From an uncultured Dehalococcoidales bacterium (lineage in GTDB: Bacteria; Chloroflexota; Dehalococcoidia; GIF9; UBA5629), in the NCBI GenBank assembly GCA_964400675.1, contig CAYNVO010000008.1, forward strand, positions 51,119 to 115,118: a stretch of 64,000 bases of DNA. Reading direction: 5' to 3'. The translations under genes and the position numbers were made by a program. The notes under the pieces are model-generated. The model ran no database searches. It saw nothing but the letters and a program-made list of their open reading frames with translations, and was not told the DNA's origin. Each line of letters opens with the position of its first letter. The first letter of the stretch is position 1. Below, piece by piece: positions 9,018 through 18,164 of the stretch.

Positions 9018-9051
9018 AGCCTTCTCGGCAACGCTGAGAAGGCTTTTTTTT
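9018..9051 (+). terminator. Leader intrinsic terminator (attenuator) of the pan operon
   Basis: agccttctcggc-aac-gctgagaaggct stem followed by a T-run, immediately before the first start codon. Confidence 0.85.
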
Positions 9052-9052
9052 G

Positions 9053-10024
9053 ATGACGATGTACAACGCTATAACCGATGTTCCGGGAATAAAAGTGGGA
9101 CACTATACCGATAAGGATGCAGCTACCGGCTGCACCGTAATTCTGTGTGAGACCGGTGCTGTAGCCGGTGTTGATGTCAGGGGCTCGGCTCCAGGAACCA
9201 GAGAAACAGACCTGCTGCGACCTATGAATCTGGTGGAAAGAGTCCAAGCCGTTCTCCTGGGTGGCGGCAGCGCTTTCGGGCTTGACGCCGCCGGGGGAGT
9301 AATGCGATATCTCGAAGAACGAGGCCTGGGTCAAGAAACCATGGTTGCCAGGGTACCCATCGTTCCCGCAGCCGTTCTTTTCGACCTGGATACAGGCAGC
9401 TGCAAAATCAGGCCCGGCTCTGAGGAAGGCTACAAGGCTTGCCTGGCTGCCACCGACAAAGAGGTGGCTGAAGGCTGCGTTGGTGCCGGTACTGGCGCTA
9501 CGATAGGAAAATTTCTAGGCATAGAACGAGCCACCAAGAGCGGACTGGGCACAGCTAGCTGCAAGATAGGTGGCGATATCATCGTTGCTGCAATTGTCGC
9601 CGTAAATGCAGTCGGGGACGTGATTGACCCCAAAACGGGAAATATATTGGCTGGTCCTCGGAATGAAAAGAACAATGGTTTCCTTAGCACCATCGAACTG
9701 CTAACCAGGGGGAGTAATAGTGATGTGAAAAACCTGCTACCCACCAACACCACCCTGGGCGTGGTGACAACCAACGCTTGCCTGAACAAAGAGCAGGTAA
9801 ATAAACTGGCACAAATGGCACAGGACGGTTTGGCTAGAGCCATCAACCCAAGCCATACTATGTATGACGGCGATACTATATTTGCCTTATCTTTGGGTGA
9901 CAAGATAGGCGACCTCACTACACTGGGAACGGCAGCCGCCGAGATGGTAGCCGAAGCCATAGTCAGGGCAGTTAAACAGGCGGAAACGCTAGCCGGTATA
10001 CCGGCGATAAAGGACATAAGATGA
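9053..10024 (+). CDS. DmpA/P1-family (S58) Ntn-fold aminopeptidase
   Basis: NAITDVPGIKVGH, GCTV, DVRGSAPGTRE, GGSAFGL, GCVGAGTG, NTTLGVV, DGDTIF. Exact start uncertain (9053 or 9059). Confidence 0.88.
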   Translation: MTMYNAITDVPGIKVGHYTDKDAATGCTVILCETGAVAGVDVRGSAPGTRETDLLRPMNLVERVQAVLLGGGSAFGLDAAGGVMRYLEERGLGQETMVARVPIVPAAVLFDLDTGSCKIRPGSEEGYKACLAATDKEVAEGCVGAGTGATIGKFLGIERATKSGLGTASCKIGGDIIVAAIVAVNAVGDVIDPKTGNILAGPRNEKNNGFLSTIELLTRGSNSDVKNLLPTNTTLGVVTTNACLNKEQVNKLAQMAQDGLARAINPSHTMYDGDTIFALSLGDKIGDLTTLGTAAAEMVAEAIVRAVKQAETLAGIPAIKDIR

Positions 10025-10890
10025 AGGGAAAGGATACTCCGACTATAGGCTTTATAGGTGCCGGTACGACAGGTACGGCGCTGGCTGTAAGGCTGGCGCA
10101 GCAGAGATATCGGGTAATCGCTGTATCCAGCCGGAGCCTGACATCAGCAGAAAAGCTGGCTGCAAGGATAAACGGCTGCCAGGCTTACAAAACAGCTCAG
10201 GAGGTAGCCGATGTCGCTCAGCTTGTTTTCATTACCACGCCCGACGACGCCATTCCCAGGGTAGCTGCTGAGGTTCAGTGGCGTAACGGACAAAGCGTGG
10301 TCCACTGCAGTGGCGCCCATTCAATCGACATTCTGGAACCAGCAAAGCAGCCAGGAGCTAACACGGGCTGTTTTCATCCTTTGCAAACTTTCGCCAGCGT
10401 TGACCAGGCAATAGGCAATATACCCGGTTCCACCTTCGCTATTGAAGCCGAAGAACCGTTATCGTCCACACTCAAGGATATGGCTGCCGCTTTAGAGGGA
10501 GAATGGGTAATACTAAAAGCCGGCGATAAAGTGCTCTATCATGCCGCAGCCGTTTTCGCCTGCAACTACCTGGTGACACTGGTCAAGCTGGCCACGGACT
10601 TATGGCAGACCTTTGACGTACCACCGGCACAAGCAACCAGAGATCTAATGCCCCTGCTAAGAGGCACGCTTAGCAATATCGAAAACGTCGGTTTACCGAA
10701 CTGCCTGACCGGACCCATTGCCAGAGGCGACCTGGGCACCATAAGCAGACATCTGGAATCGCTGGGAAAACAGGCCCCTGCACTGCTTAAAATCTACAAG
10801 GAGCTGGGACAGCAGACAGTACCGATTGCACTGGCTAAAGGAAAAATAGATTCGCAAAGAGCAGAAGAGCTAAAAGCTCTAATGAGATAA
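10021..10890 (+). CDS. panG: Rossmann-like + DUF2520 oxidoreductase (PanG-type alternative ketopantoate reductase)
   Basis: [46 protein letters not shown]; located inside a pan operon that lacks panE. Confidence 0.75.
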   Translation: MKGKDTPTIGFIGAGTTGTALAVRLAQQRYRVIAVSSRSLTSAEKLAARINGCQAYKTAQEVADVAQLVFITTPDDAIPRVAAEVQWRNGQSVVHCSGAHSIDILEPAKQPGANTGCFHPLQTFASVDQAIGNIPGSTFAIEAEEPLSSTLKDMAAALEGEWVILKAGDKVLYHAAAVFACNYLVTLVKLATDLWQTFDVPPAQATRDLMPLLRGTLSNIENVGLPNCLTGPIARGDLGTISRHLESLGKQAPALLKIYKELGQQTVPIALAKGKIDSQRAEELKALMR

Positions 10891-10909
10891 ACAAAACGAG
10901 GAGACGAGA

Positions 10910-11302
10910 ATGAGAACAATGCTCAAAAGCAAAATACATCGGGCTCGGGTTACCCAATGCAACGTCGGCTACGAGGGCAGTATCACCATCGACAAGGATT
11001 TGATGGAGGCAGCCGACATGCTCACCTACGAAAAAGTTGATGTGTTGAACATCAACAACAGTGCCAGATTCCATACCTACGTGATTGAAGGGGAGAGAGG
11101 CTCGGGAGAAATCTGCCTTAACGGTGCTGCCGCCAGGCTCGTGGCTAAGGGTGATATTGTGATTATTCTGTCTTATCATGTAGTCAGTGAGAATGAAGTT
11201 GCCACAGCTACTCCGAGGCTGGTATATGTGAATTCAGAAAACCGAATCGTTGACATCAAAGGCGCAAGAGACTGGACAAAAGATTTGCTATCAACACTGT
11301 AA
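10910..11302 (+). CDS. panD: Aspartate 1-decarboxylase
   Basis: [11 protein letters not shown] autocleavage site (YEGSITID), TYVI, LNGAAAR. Confidence 0.96.
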   Translation: MRTMLKSKIHRARVTQCNVGYEGSITIDKDLMEAADMLTYEKVDVLNINNSARFHTYVIEGERGSGEICLNGAAARLVAKGDIVIILSYHVVSENEVATATPRLVYVNSENRIVDIKGARDWTKDLLSTL

Positions 11303-11341
11303 AGAGATTGGCTATTTACATATGGTACGGAGGAGTGAGAA

Positions 11342-12175
11342 ATGCGAGTCAGCATTAACGAAATAAAGGAAATGAAATCGAAGAAAGAAAAGATAGTCAT
11401 GCTCACCGCCTATGACTATTCCACTGCCAAACTGGTAGATGAATCTGGCATACCATTGATTTTAGTTGGTGACAGCCTGGGTATGGTTATGCTGGGCTAC
11501 GAATCAACCATTCCGGTAACTATGGACGAGATGATACATCACACCAAAGCCGTGGTCAGGGGCACCAAGCAAGCCCTTGTAATAGGCGACATGCCATTTA
11601 TGACCTATCATACAAATACTGCCGATGCCCTGCGTAATGCAGCGCGGTTCATCCAGGAGGGAGGAGCGCAGGCGATTAAACTTGAAGGTGGCGTGACTGT
11701 AGCCGAGACGGTAAGACGGATTGTCGAATGCGGCATACCGGTTATGGGACACATCGGGCTAACCCCACAATCCGTACATCAACTGGGTGGCCACAGGGTG
11801 CAGGGTAAAACCCCTGAAGCCGCCGAGCGATTATTGCAGGACGCTCGAGCTCTAGAACAAGCTGGCGCCTTTGCTGTTGTACTCGAACTTGTGCCAGCAC
11901 CGCTATCCAAACTAATTACACAGAAGATAGGCATTCCCACCATCGGTATCGGAGCCGGTCCTGACTGCGATGGCCAGGTGCAGGTAATCAGTGACCTGCT
12001 GGGACTGTTTTCCGACTTTGTGCCAAAACATGCCAAGCAATTTGCCAAACTGGCAGGCGAAATAAAGATTGCCCTGGCTGATTATGTCAACGAAGTCAAA
12101 GCAGGTAAATTCCCTACCGCCGAACATAGCTCCAAAATCGATGAGAGCTTACTCGAAGAATTAGCCCGCGCCTGA
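11342..12175 (+). CDS. panB: 3-methyl-2-oxobutanoate hydroxymethyltransferase
   Basis: MLTAYD, LVGDSLGM, DMPF, KLEGG, HIGLTPQ, IGIGAG. Confidence 0.97.
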   Translation: MRVSINEIKEMKSKKEKIVMLTAYDYSTAKLVDESGIPLILVGDSLGMVMLGYESTIPVTMDEMIHHTKAVVRGTKQALVIGDMPFMTYHTNTADALRNAARFIQEGGAQAIKLEGGVTVAETVRRIVECGIPVMGHIGLTPQSVHQLGGHRVQGKTPEAAERLLQDARALEQAGAFAVVLELVPAPLSKLITQKIGIPTIGIGAGPDCDGQVQVISDLLGLFSDFVPKHAKQFAKLAGEIKIALADYVNEVKAGKFPTAEHSSKIDESLLEELARA

Positions 12176-12181
12176 ACAGCC

Positions 12182-13018
12182 ATGCGAATAGCCCGAACCA
12201 TCGCTGAAATGAAAGCCCTCAGGATGAAAAGCCTCGGCTCCGTAGGCTTCGTCCCCACCATGGGCTATCTTCACGATGGGCATTTGGCTTTGGTCAAGCA
12301 AGCCCGAGATGAGAACTCGGTAGTTGTAGCCAGCATCTTTGTCAATCCCACCCAGTTTGGTCCCACTGAAGACTTCAAAGCTTATCCCCGCGATACAGAG
12401 CGCGACTTGGCTATGCTGAGAAAAGAGAAGACAGACATTGTCTTCATGCCATCGGCTGATGACATGTACCCTGAAGGCTTCAATAGCTGGATAGAGGTAG
12501 AAAAAATTACCGACCGACTTGAAGGTAGCTGCCGTCCGGGGCATTTCAAGGGAGTGACCACTGTAGTTGCCAAGCTATTTAATATCGTCGAGCCCACTCG
12601 AGCTTATTTCGGCCAGAAAGATGCCCAGCAGGCATTGGTCATTAAGAAGATGGTAGCTGACCTCAATATGAATTTAGAAGTTATAGTTGCGCCTACCGTT
12701 CGGGAGGGCGACGGACTGGCTATGAGCAGCCGCAACGTTTATCTCAATCCTCAGGAACGCCAGGCAGCTACCGTCTTGTTTAAAGCTCTTACCTTAGCTC
12801 GAAACATGTATGAAAAAGGAGAGCTTAACGCTGAGACCATAAGTCAAAAGATGACCGCCCTCATAAACAAAGAGCCATTAGCCAAAATCGAGTACGTCAG
12901 CATTGCTGATGCCGAAACCCTGGAAGAACTAACTGAAATTGATAAACCAGCACTGTCCTCTCTGGCAGTTAGATTCGGCAAGACGAGGCTCATAGACAAT
13001 GAGCTAGTATCGGGCTGA
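12182..13018 (+). CDS. panC: Pantoate--beta-alanine ligase
   Basis: VPTMGYLHDGH, SIFVNPTQF, RPGHFKGV, FGQKDAQQ, GLAMSSRN, RLIDN. Confidence 0.97.
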   Translation: MRIARTIAEMKALRMKSLGSVGFVPTMGYLHDGHLALVKQARDENSVVVASIFVNPTQFGPTEDFKAYPRDTERDLAMLRKEKTDIVFMPSADDMYPEGFNSWIEVEKITDRLEGSCRPGHFKGVTTVVAKLFNIVEPTRAYFGQKDAQQALVIKKMVADLNMNLEVIVAPTVREGDGLAMSSRNVYLNPQERQAATVLFKALTLARNMYEKGELNAETISQKMTALINKEPLAKIEYVSIADAETLEELTEIDKPALSSLAVRFGKTRLIDNELVSG

Positions 13019-13054
13019 TGAGAAGTCGGAAGGCTTGAATAATCCCGGTCAAGT

Positions 13055-13831
13055 TTAACCCTTTATCTTTGGCAAGTCAGGGAACTTAACTCTAGCCCGT
13101 TCAAGTTCCGATATACAGCTAGCATGAGAGAAGGTAGTTACATTACGTTGCTCTTCCAGTCTACTCCATGTGACAACTCCAATAGCAGCACCAGTTCTAA
13201 TATTTATTAATGGTCCTCCAGAGTTGCCGGGGCCAACGTAATTATCAAATTCCAATGTGAGTGTGCCTCTATCAGGCCAAATAGAACTCAAATGAGCATA
13301 AGTTAGTCTCTCAACAAAACGTATATCTCGTCTTCCTTCTGTAAACCTTCCCTCATAACCTATGAATGGATAGCCAATTGTACAAACTTCGTCACCAACT
13401 CTCCTATCACAGCTGAGTGGAAGTGGAGTAGGCTGCTGAGTGAAAAGTGTTTCAGGTGTATTAACATCAAAAATGCAAATGTCCTGATCTTCGAGGCGCA
13501 TAAAATCAATGACACCCAGGTAAGGCATAAGGTCATCTTGAGATACTTCAAACGGACATTTCGTGAAGTCGGGTACTAAAACACACACTTCTGCGTTATC
13601 ACGTTGCAAGTCGGGGAATGCGTGGTTAGCAGTAACGAATCTTGTTCTATCGTAATCAATGGAAAGTAAGAATACTGTAGCACAAGGGAATATATTAATG
13701 TGGCGGCCTTCATGTCGTGCTTCCAACAACATGTTTCGGGGAATTGGTATTTGATTTATGTCGCCATGATATGCCCAACCGATAGGTATCACAGATTTAG
13801 CATAAGTATAGAAAACATCGCTTAAATTCAA
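13055..13831 (-). CDS. Stand-alone trypsin-like (S1) serine protease without signal peptide
   Basis: Catalytic triad motifs VTANH, DICIF, GNSGGP; AT-rich relative to its neighbours. Confidence 0.8.
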   Translation of the reverse strand: MNLSDVFYTYAKSVIPIGWAYHGDINQIPIPRNMLLEARHEGRHINIFPCATVFLLSIDYDRTRFVTANHAFPDLQRDNAEVCVLVPDFTKCPFEVSQDDLMPYLGVIDFMRLEDQDICIFDVNTPETLFTQQPTPLPLSCDRRVGDEVCTIGYPFIGYEGRFTEGRRDIRFVERLTYAHLSSIWPDRGTLTLEFDNYVGPGNSGGPLINIRTGAAIGVVTWSRLEEQRNVTTFSHASCISELERARVKFPDLPKIKG

Positions 13832-14322
13832 GTGCCACCAATCAGATTACGAGAACTTTACTATATGCACTATTGTAGGCACACGTTTGCTATCAACGTG
13901 ACTCATTATAGCACAACATTCTAGCGGCAATTTTGCACGTAGGACAATTCTCTAGGGCGCAGACAATCAGTCCAGACTCAAGTTGAACAAGAATTTTGCA
14001 GTCCCTCGTTCTTTAATCTAAATGGCAAATTAAACATAGAAGACTATTGCACTCCTAGCCCCTTGTCCTGCTAACCTATTTCACCAACCCATCTACCGGA
14101 CTAGCCACAACATGCCTTTTAAAAACATCGTCAAATCCCAAAGCCTGAGTATATATTCTGGTCATTTCCAAAGTAGTATGTCCCAGTAATCTCTTGCAAC
14201 ATTAAGCTATACCACCAACCCTTTTAACACTGAGGAGAACGGCCTATATGCCTACCTGGACAGGCAAACAGAATGGAAAAGACTGGGCTATATTGTATAC
14301 ACTTGAGGCTACTGGAATAAAA

Positions 14323-15534
14323 TCACTCGCGAACCAGAGCCAATAATCCAATCATCGCCAATAATGCCAGACCAGCTCCGAAATAGAAGGGCGCCGCCGG
14401 ACTGACTGACTGCCACAGCCAGCCAGCAATAATACTCGCCGGCAAAAGAGTAATGCCGACTACACCGTGAAAGAGACCGTAGGCTGTGCCACACCTGCCT
14501 TCAGGTACTAAATCAGCCACAAAAGCTCGAGCCACACCTTCAGCAAGTCCATAGTAGACTCCGTAGAGGGCAAAAAGCAGCCATATATGCCACGGGGCGG
14601 ATGCCACGGCAAAGCCAACATAAGTAACAGCATAAACTAACCACCCCAGAACTATGATTCGCCGCCTGCCCAGCTTATCTGACAATATCCCTGCAGGGGT
14701 TGAAACAGCCGCATAGACGACATTGAACAGGATGAGCATCAAGAGTATACAGAGTACGGAGTTGCCCAGGTTCTGCGCTCGCAGGATGAGGAAGGCATCG
14801 CTTGAATTACCCAGAGTGAACAGAAACATTATGCCCAGAAAAAGCTTGAAGCGATTGTCAAAGCCAGATTTCGTGTCCTGAGAGCTTTTTGGCAAACACT
14901 CAGATTGGCTCTGCGGACTTGAACCTTTCTTCGCTTCGCGGATAAAGAAAAACATAAACAGCGCCAGTACCGCCGGGATAATTCCAATCAACACCAGCCA
15001 CTGGTAGGTGTCTCGAATTAACTCCAGAGCACCCTTCTGGAGCAAAAAGACAACGGCAGCGGCAAGAACAAGCCCCAGGGCAGCGCCAGAGGTATCCATA
15101 GCCCGGTGGAATCCAAAGGCTTTGCCCCGCTGTTCAGCCGATACAGAATCGGCTACCAGTGCATCCCGTGGTGCCGTGCGTACGCCTTTGCCAAACCTAT
15201 CGGCGAATCTCACCCCAAGCACCAACCCCCAGGTTGTAGCTATATACATGAAAGGCTTGGCTAAGGTAGATAACCCATAGCCGATAAAAGCTAAATATTT
15301 ACGTTTGCCCAGTCTGTCGCTGAGCCAGCCGCTGAAAATCTTGAGCAAGGAGGCTGTGCTTTCAGCCACCCCCTCAATGAAACCGATGAGAACTGCAGCC
15401 GCTCCCAGGATATTAGCCAGAAAAAGCGGAAGAAGGGTAAAAATCATCTCACTGCTGACATCAGTGAGAAAACTCACCAACCCCAGGAAGAAAATATTGG
15501 GGTTAAGACCAAAGATGCGCTTTCGTTCCGCCAT
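14323..15534 (-). CDS. MFS transporter
   Basis: About 12 TM segments, GWLSDRLGKRK and GILSDKLGRRR MFS loop motifs, RFADRFGKG. Confidence 0.93.
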   Translation of the reverse strand: MAERKRIFGLNPNIFFLGLVSFLTDVSSEMIFTLLPLFLANILGAAAVLIGFIEGVAESTASLLKIFSGWLSDRLGKRKYLAFIGYGLSTLAKPFMYIATTWGLVLGVRFADRFGKGVRTAPRDALVADSVSAEQRGKAFGFHRAMDTSGAALGLVLAAAVVFLLQKGALELIRDTYQWLVLIGIIPAVLALFMFFFIREAKKGSSPQSQSECLPKSSQDTKSGFDNRFKLFLGIMFLFTLGNSSDAFLILRAQNLGNSVLCILLMLILFNVVYAAVSTPAGILSDKLGRRRIIVLGWLVYAVTYVGFAVASAPWHIWLLFALYGVYYGLAEGVARAFVADLVPEGRCGTAYGLFHGVVGITLLPASIIAGWLWQSVSPAAPFYFGAGLALLAMIGLLALVRE

Positions 15535-15628
15535 TTGCAGTCGCTTTCACACAGAACTATAGCTGCGTAGTATAGCACTTTTGCCAAATGCTCCGCCCAG
15601 GGTTGACCCTCACTCGGTGCAACCCACA

Positions 15629-15710
15629 AGATTGCCACACGGAGTTTATCCTGAGCTACATGAGATTCTTCGCTGCACTCAGAATGACAGGAGGGATTTT
15701 CAGCATGACC
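15629..15710. repeat. Composite palindromic (REP-like) repeat, copy A
   Basis: gagattcttcgctgcactcagaatgaca (15662-15689) closely matches 27901-27928; flanked by agattgccac and cctgagc fragments related to 34503-34812. Confidence 0.7.
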
Positions 15711-15780
15711 ACGGCGATTGACCACCGATACTTTTTTTGCTAAACTATCGTTTTGGTTATTCAAATCCGCGGAGAACCAC

Positions 15781-16230
15781 GTGCCTGATAAACTAGCTAA
15801 GATAATGGCTGAATATGAGGGAGAAAAGGGCGCATTAATTCCAATCCTACAGAAGATTCAGGAAAAACTCGGTTACCTCACCGAAGAGGCAATTTCAGAG
15901 ATAGCTAAATTCTCCCGAATGTCGGAAAGCGAAGTCTTCGGAGTTGCTTCTTTTTATGCCCAATTTTACTTCACTCGACGCGGTCAGCACTCCGTTAAGG
16001 TCTGCTTGGGCACCGCCTGTCATGTGCGTGGAGGCGAGAAAATTCTGGACGAAATTAAAAGAGAGTTGGGTGTCGAGTCTGGAGGCACTACAGGAGACTA
16101 CAAATTCAGCCTGGAGAGAGTAGCCTGTTTCGGTTCCTGCGCTCTAGCTCCTGTGCTGGTCATAGACAAAGATGTTTATGGACGGATGACAGTTGCTAAG
16201 TCAAAAGAGACTGTAAACAAATACCGATGA
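15781..16230 (+). CDS. NuoE/HydC-like [2Fe-2S] subunit (module 1)
   Basis: CLGTACHV...CFGSC; GTG start at 15781 after GGAG. Confidence 0.92.
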   Translation: MPDKLAKIMAEYEGEKGALIPILQKIQEKLGYLTEEAISEIAKFSRMSESEVFGVASFYAQFYFTRRGQHSVKVCLGTACHVRGGEKILDEIKRELGVESGGTTGDYKFSLERVACFGSCALAPVLVIDKDVYGRMTVAKSKETVNKYR

Positions 16231-16242
16231 AATCCTAGCGAC

Positions 16243-18153
16243 ATGACCTTCGAGAAAATTCAAAAAAGGGCTGCTTCTGAGTGGGCAGCGCTACAATCAA
16301 GCAACAAACCACGGCTCTTAGTGGGTGCCGGCACCTGTGGTAGTGCCGCCGGAGCTCTTGATGTTCTCAAGGCTATTAATGAGGAACTGGCACGACACAG
16401 TATCGAGGCCATTGTTATCCAGGTAGGCTGCATGGGGCTATGTTTTATTGAGCCTATGGTTGGCATAATAAAGCCAGGACGCCCGCAAATCATCTACGGC
16501 AATTTAACCCCTGAGACTGCTAATCAGATTGTCAATGACTATCTGGTTTCCGATAACCCCAGGGCTGACTTAGCTCTAGGATACGTTGGTGATGGCAAGG
16601 TTGACGGCATTCCCAATTTATATGAGATGCCCGTGCTCAAACCACAGGTACGCATAGTCTTGCGTAACTGCGGTTTCATTGACCCCGAAAACATAAATCA
16701 CTACATCGCAAACGGTGGCTACAGCGGGCTGGCCAAGGCATTAAAGATGTCCCCTGAAGAAATAATTGAGGAGATTAAGAAATCAGGCTTGCGCGGTAGA
16801 GGCGGCGCCGGTTTCTCAACAGGACAAAAATGGGATTTCTGCCGAAAAGCACCCGGGAATGAAAAATATATAATTTGCAATGCCGATGAAGGTGACCCCG
16901 GCGCCTTTATGAACCGCTCGTTATTAGAAGGCGACCCCCATTCAGTCCTTGAAGGAATGGTTATCGGGGCTTACACTATAGGGGCCAGCCATGGCTATAT
17001 TTACTGCCGTGCCGAATACCCGTTAGCTCTGGAAAGGCTACGGCTGGCTCTGCAGCAGATGGAAGAATACGGCTTTATCGGAGATAACATACTTGGCTCC
17101 GGCTTCGATCTCCACATAAAAATTAAAGAGGGCGCTGGGGCTTTTGTCTGCGGTGAAGAAACAGCTTTGATGGCCTCCATAGAAGGCAAGCGGGGAATGC
17201 CCCGGTCACGTCCCCCTTTTCCAGCGATATCAGGATTATGGGGAAAGCCGACAAATATCAATAATGTAGAAACATGGGTAGACGCGGCACGCATATTAGA
17301 GAAAGGCAGTGACTGGTATGCCCAGTATGGCTCGGAAAAAAGCAAAGGAACGAAGACCTTTGCACTTGTAGGCAAGGTAGAGCGCACCGGTCTTATCGAA
17401 GTACCCCTGGGCATTACCTTGCGCCAGATAATCTACGAGATTGGCGGCGGCATACTCAAAGACAAGGAATTTAAAGCCGTGCAGACCGGTGGCCCTTCAG
17501 GTGGTTGCCTGCCACCCTCAATGCTCGATTCACCTGTTGACTATGAATCACTTGCTGCTGCCGGCTCAATCATGGGCTCCGGCGGTATGATTGTCGCCGA
17601 CGAAAACACCTGTATGGTTGACCTGACAAAGTACTTTCTCGGTTTCACACAGGCTGAATCCTGCGGCAAATGTCCACCCTGCCGGGTTGGTACACGCCAG
17701 ATGCTGGGCATCCTGGACCGCATTACTCGAGGCGAAGGCAAACCCGAAGACATAGCGCAGCTTGAAAGAATAGCCAACACGGTGAAGCAAGGCTCACTCT
17801 GCGGCTTGGGACAAACCGCCCCCAACCCGGTACTGACCACTATCCGCTACTTCCGGGATGAATACGAGACACATATCAACGAAAAGCGCTGCCCTGCCCT
17901 GGTATGTAAGAATTTGATTTCGTTCTATATTTTGCCGGACAAATGCCAGGGCTGCGGTATCTGCCTCAGAGCCTGTCCTGTGGAGGCAATCATTGGCGAT
18001 AAAAGAATGATTCACATTATCGATCAGGATAAATGTATCAAATGCGGGACATGCACCGATGTCTGCCCACCACGCTTTGCCGCCATAACCAAGGTGTCGG
18101 GTGAGCAAATCGAGGTCCCAAAACAACCAGTCCCTATTGAAGCATCAGCTTAA
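16243..18153 (+). CDS. NuoF/HydB-like FMN/NADH subunit with N-terminal thioredoxin-like [2Fe-2S] domain and C-terminal 2x[4Fe-4S] (module 1)
   Basis: GLRGRGGAGF, NADEGDPGAFM, GAFVCGEETAL, GGPSGG, ESCGKCPPCRVG, two CxxCxxCxxxCP motifs. Confidence 0.95.
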   Translation: MTFEKIQKRAASEWAALQSSNKPRLLVGAGTCGSAAGALDVLKAINEELARHSIEAIVIQVGCMGLCFIEPMVGIIKPGRPQIIYGNLTPETANQIVNDYLVSDNPRADLALGYVGDGKVDGIPNLYEMPVLKPQVRIVLRNCGFIDPENINHYIANGGYSGLAKALKMSPEEIIEEIKKSGLRGRGGAGFSTGQKWDFCRKAPGNEKYIICNADEGDPGAFMNRSLLEGDPHSVLEGMVIGAYTIGASHGYIYCRAEYPLALERLRLALQQMEEYGFIGDNILGSGFDLHIKIKEGAGAFVCGEETALMASIEGKRGMPRSRPPFPAISGLWGKPTNINNVETWVDAARILEKGSDWYAQYGSEKSKGTKTFALVGKVERTGLIEVPLGITLRQIIYEIGGGILKDKEFKAVQTGGPSGGCLPPSMLDSPVDYESLAAAGSIMGSGGMIVADENTCMVDLTKYFLGFTQAESCGKCPPCRVGTRQMLGILDRITRGEGKPEDIAQLERIANTVKQGSLCGLGQTAPNPVLTTIRYFRDEYETHINEKRCPALVCKNLISFYILPDKCQGCGICLRACPVEAIIGDKRMIHIIDQDKCIKCGTCTDVCPPRFAAITKVSGEQIEVPKQPVPIEASA

Positions 18154-18164
18154 CAGGAGCTAAC

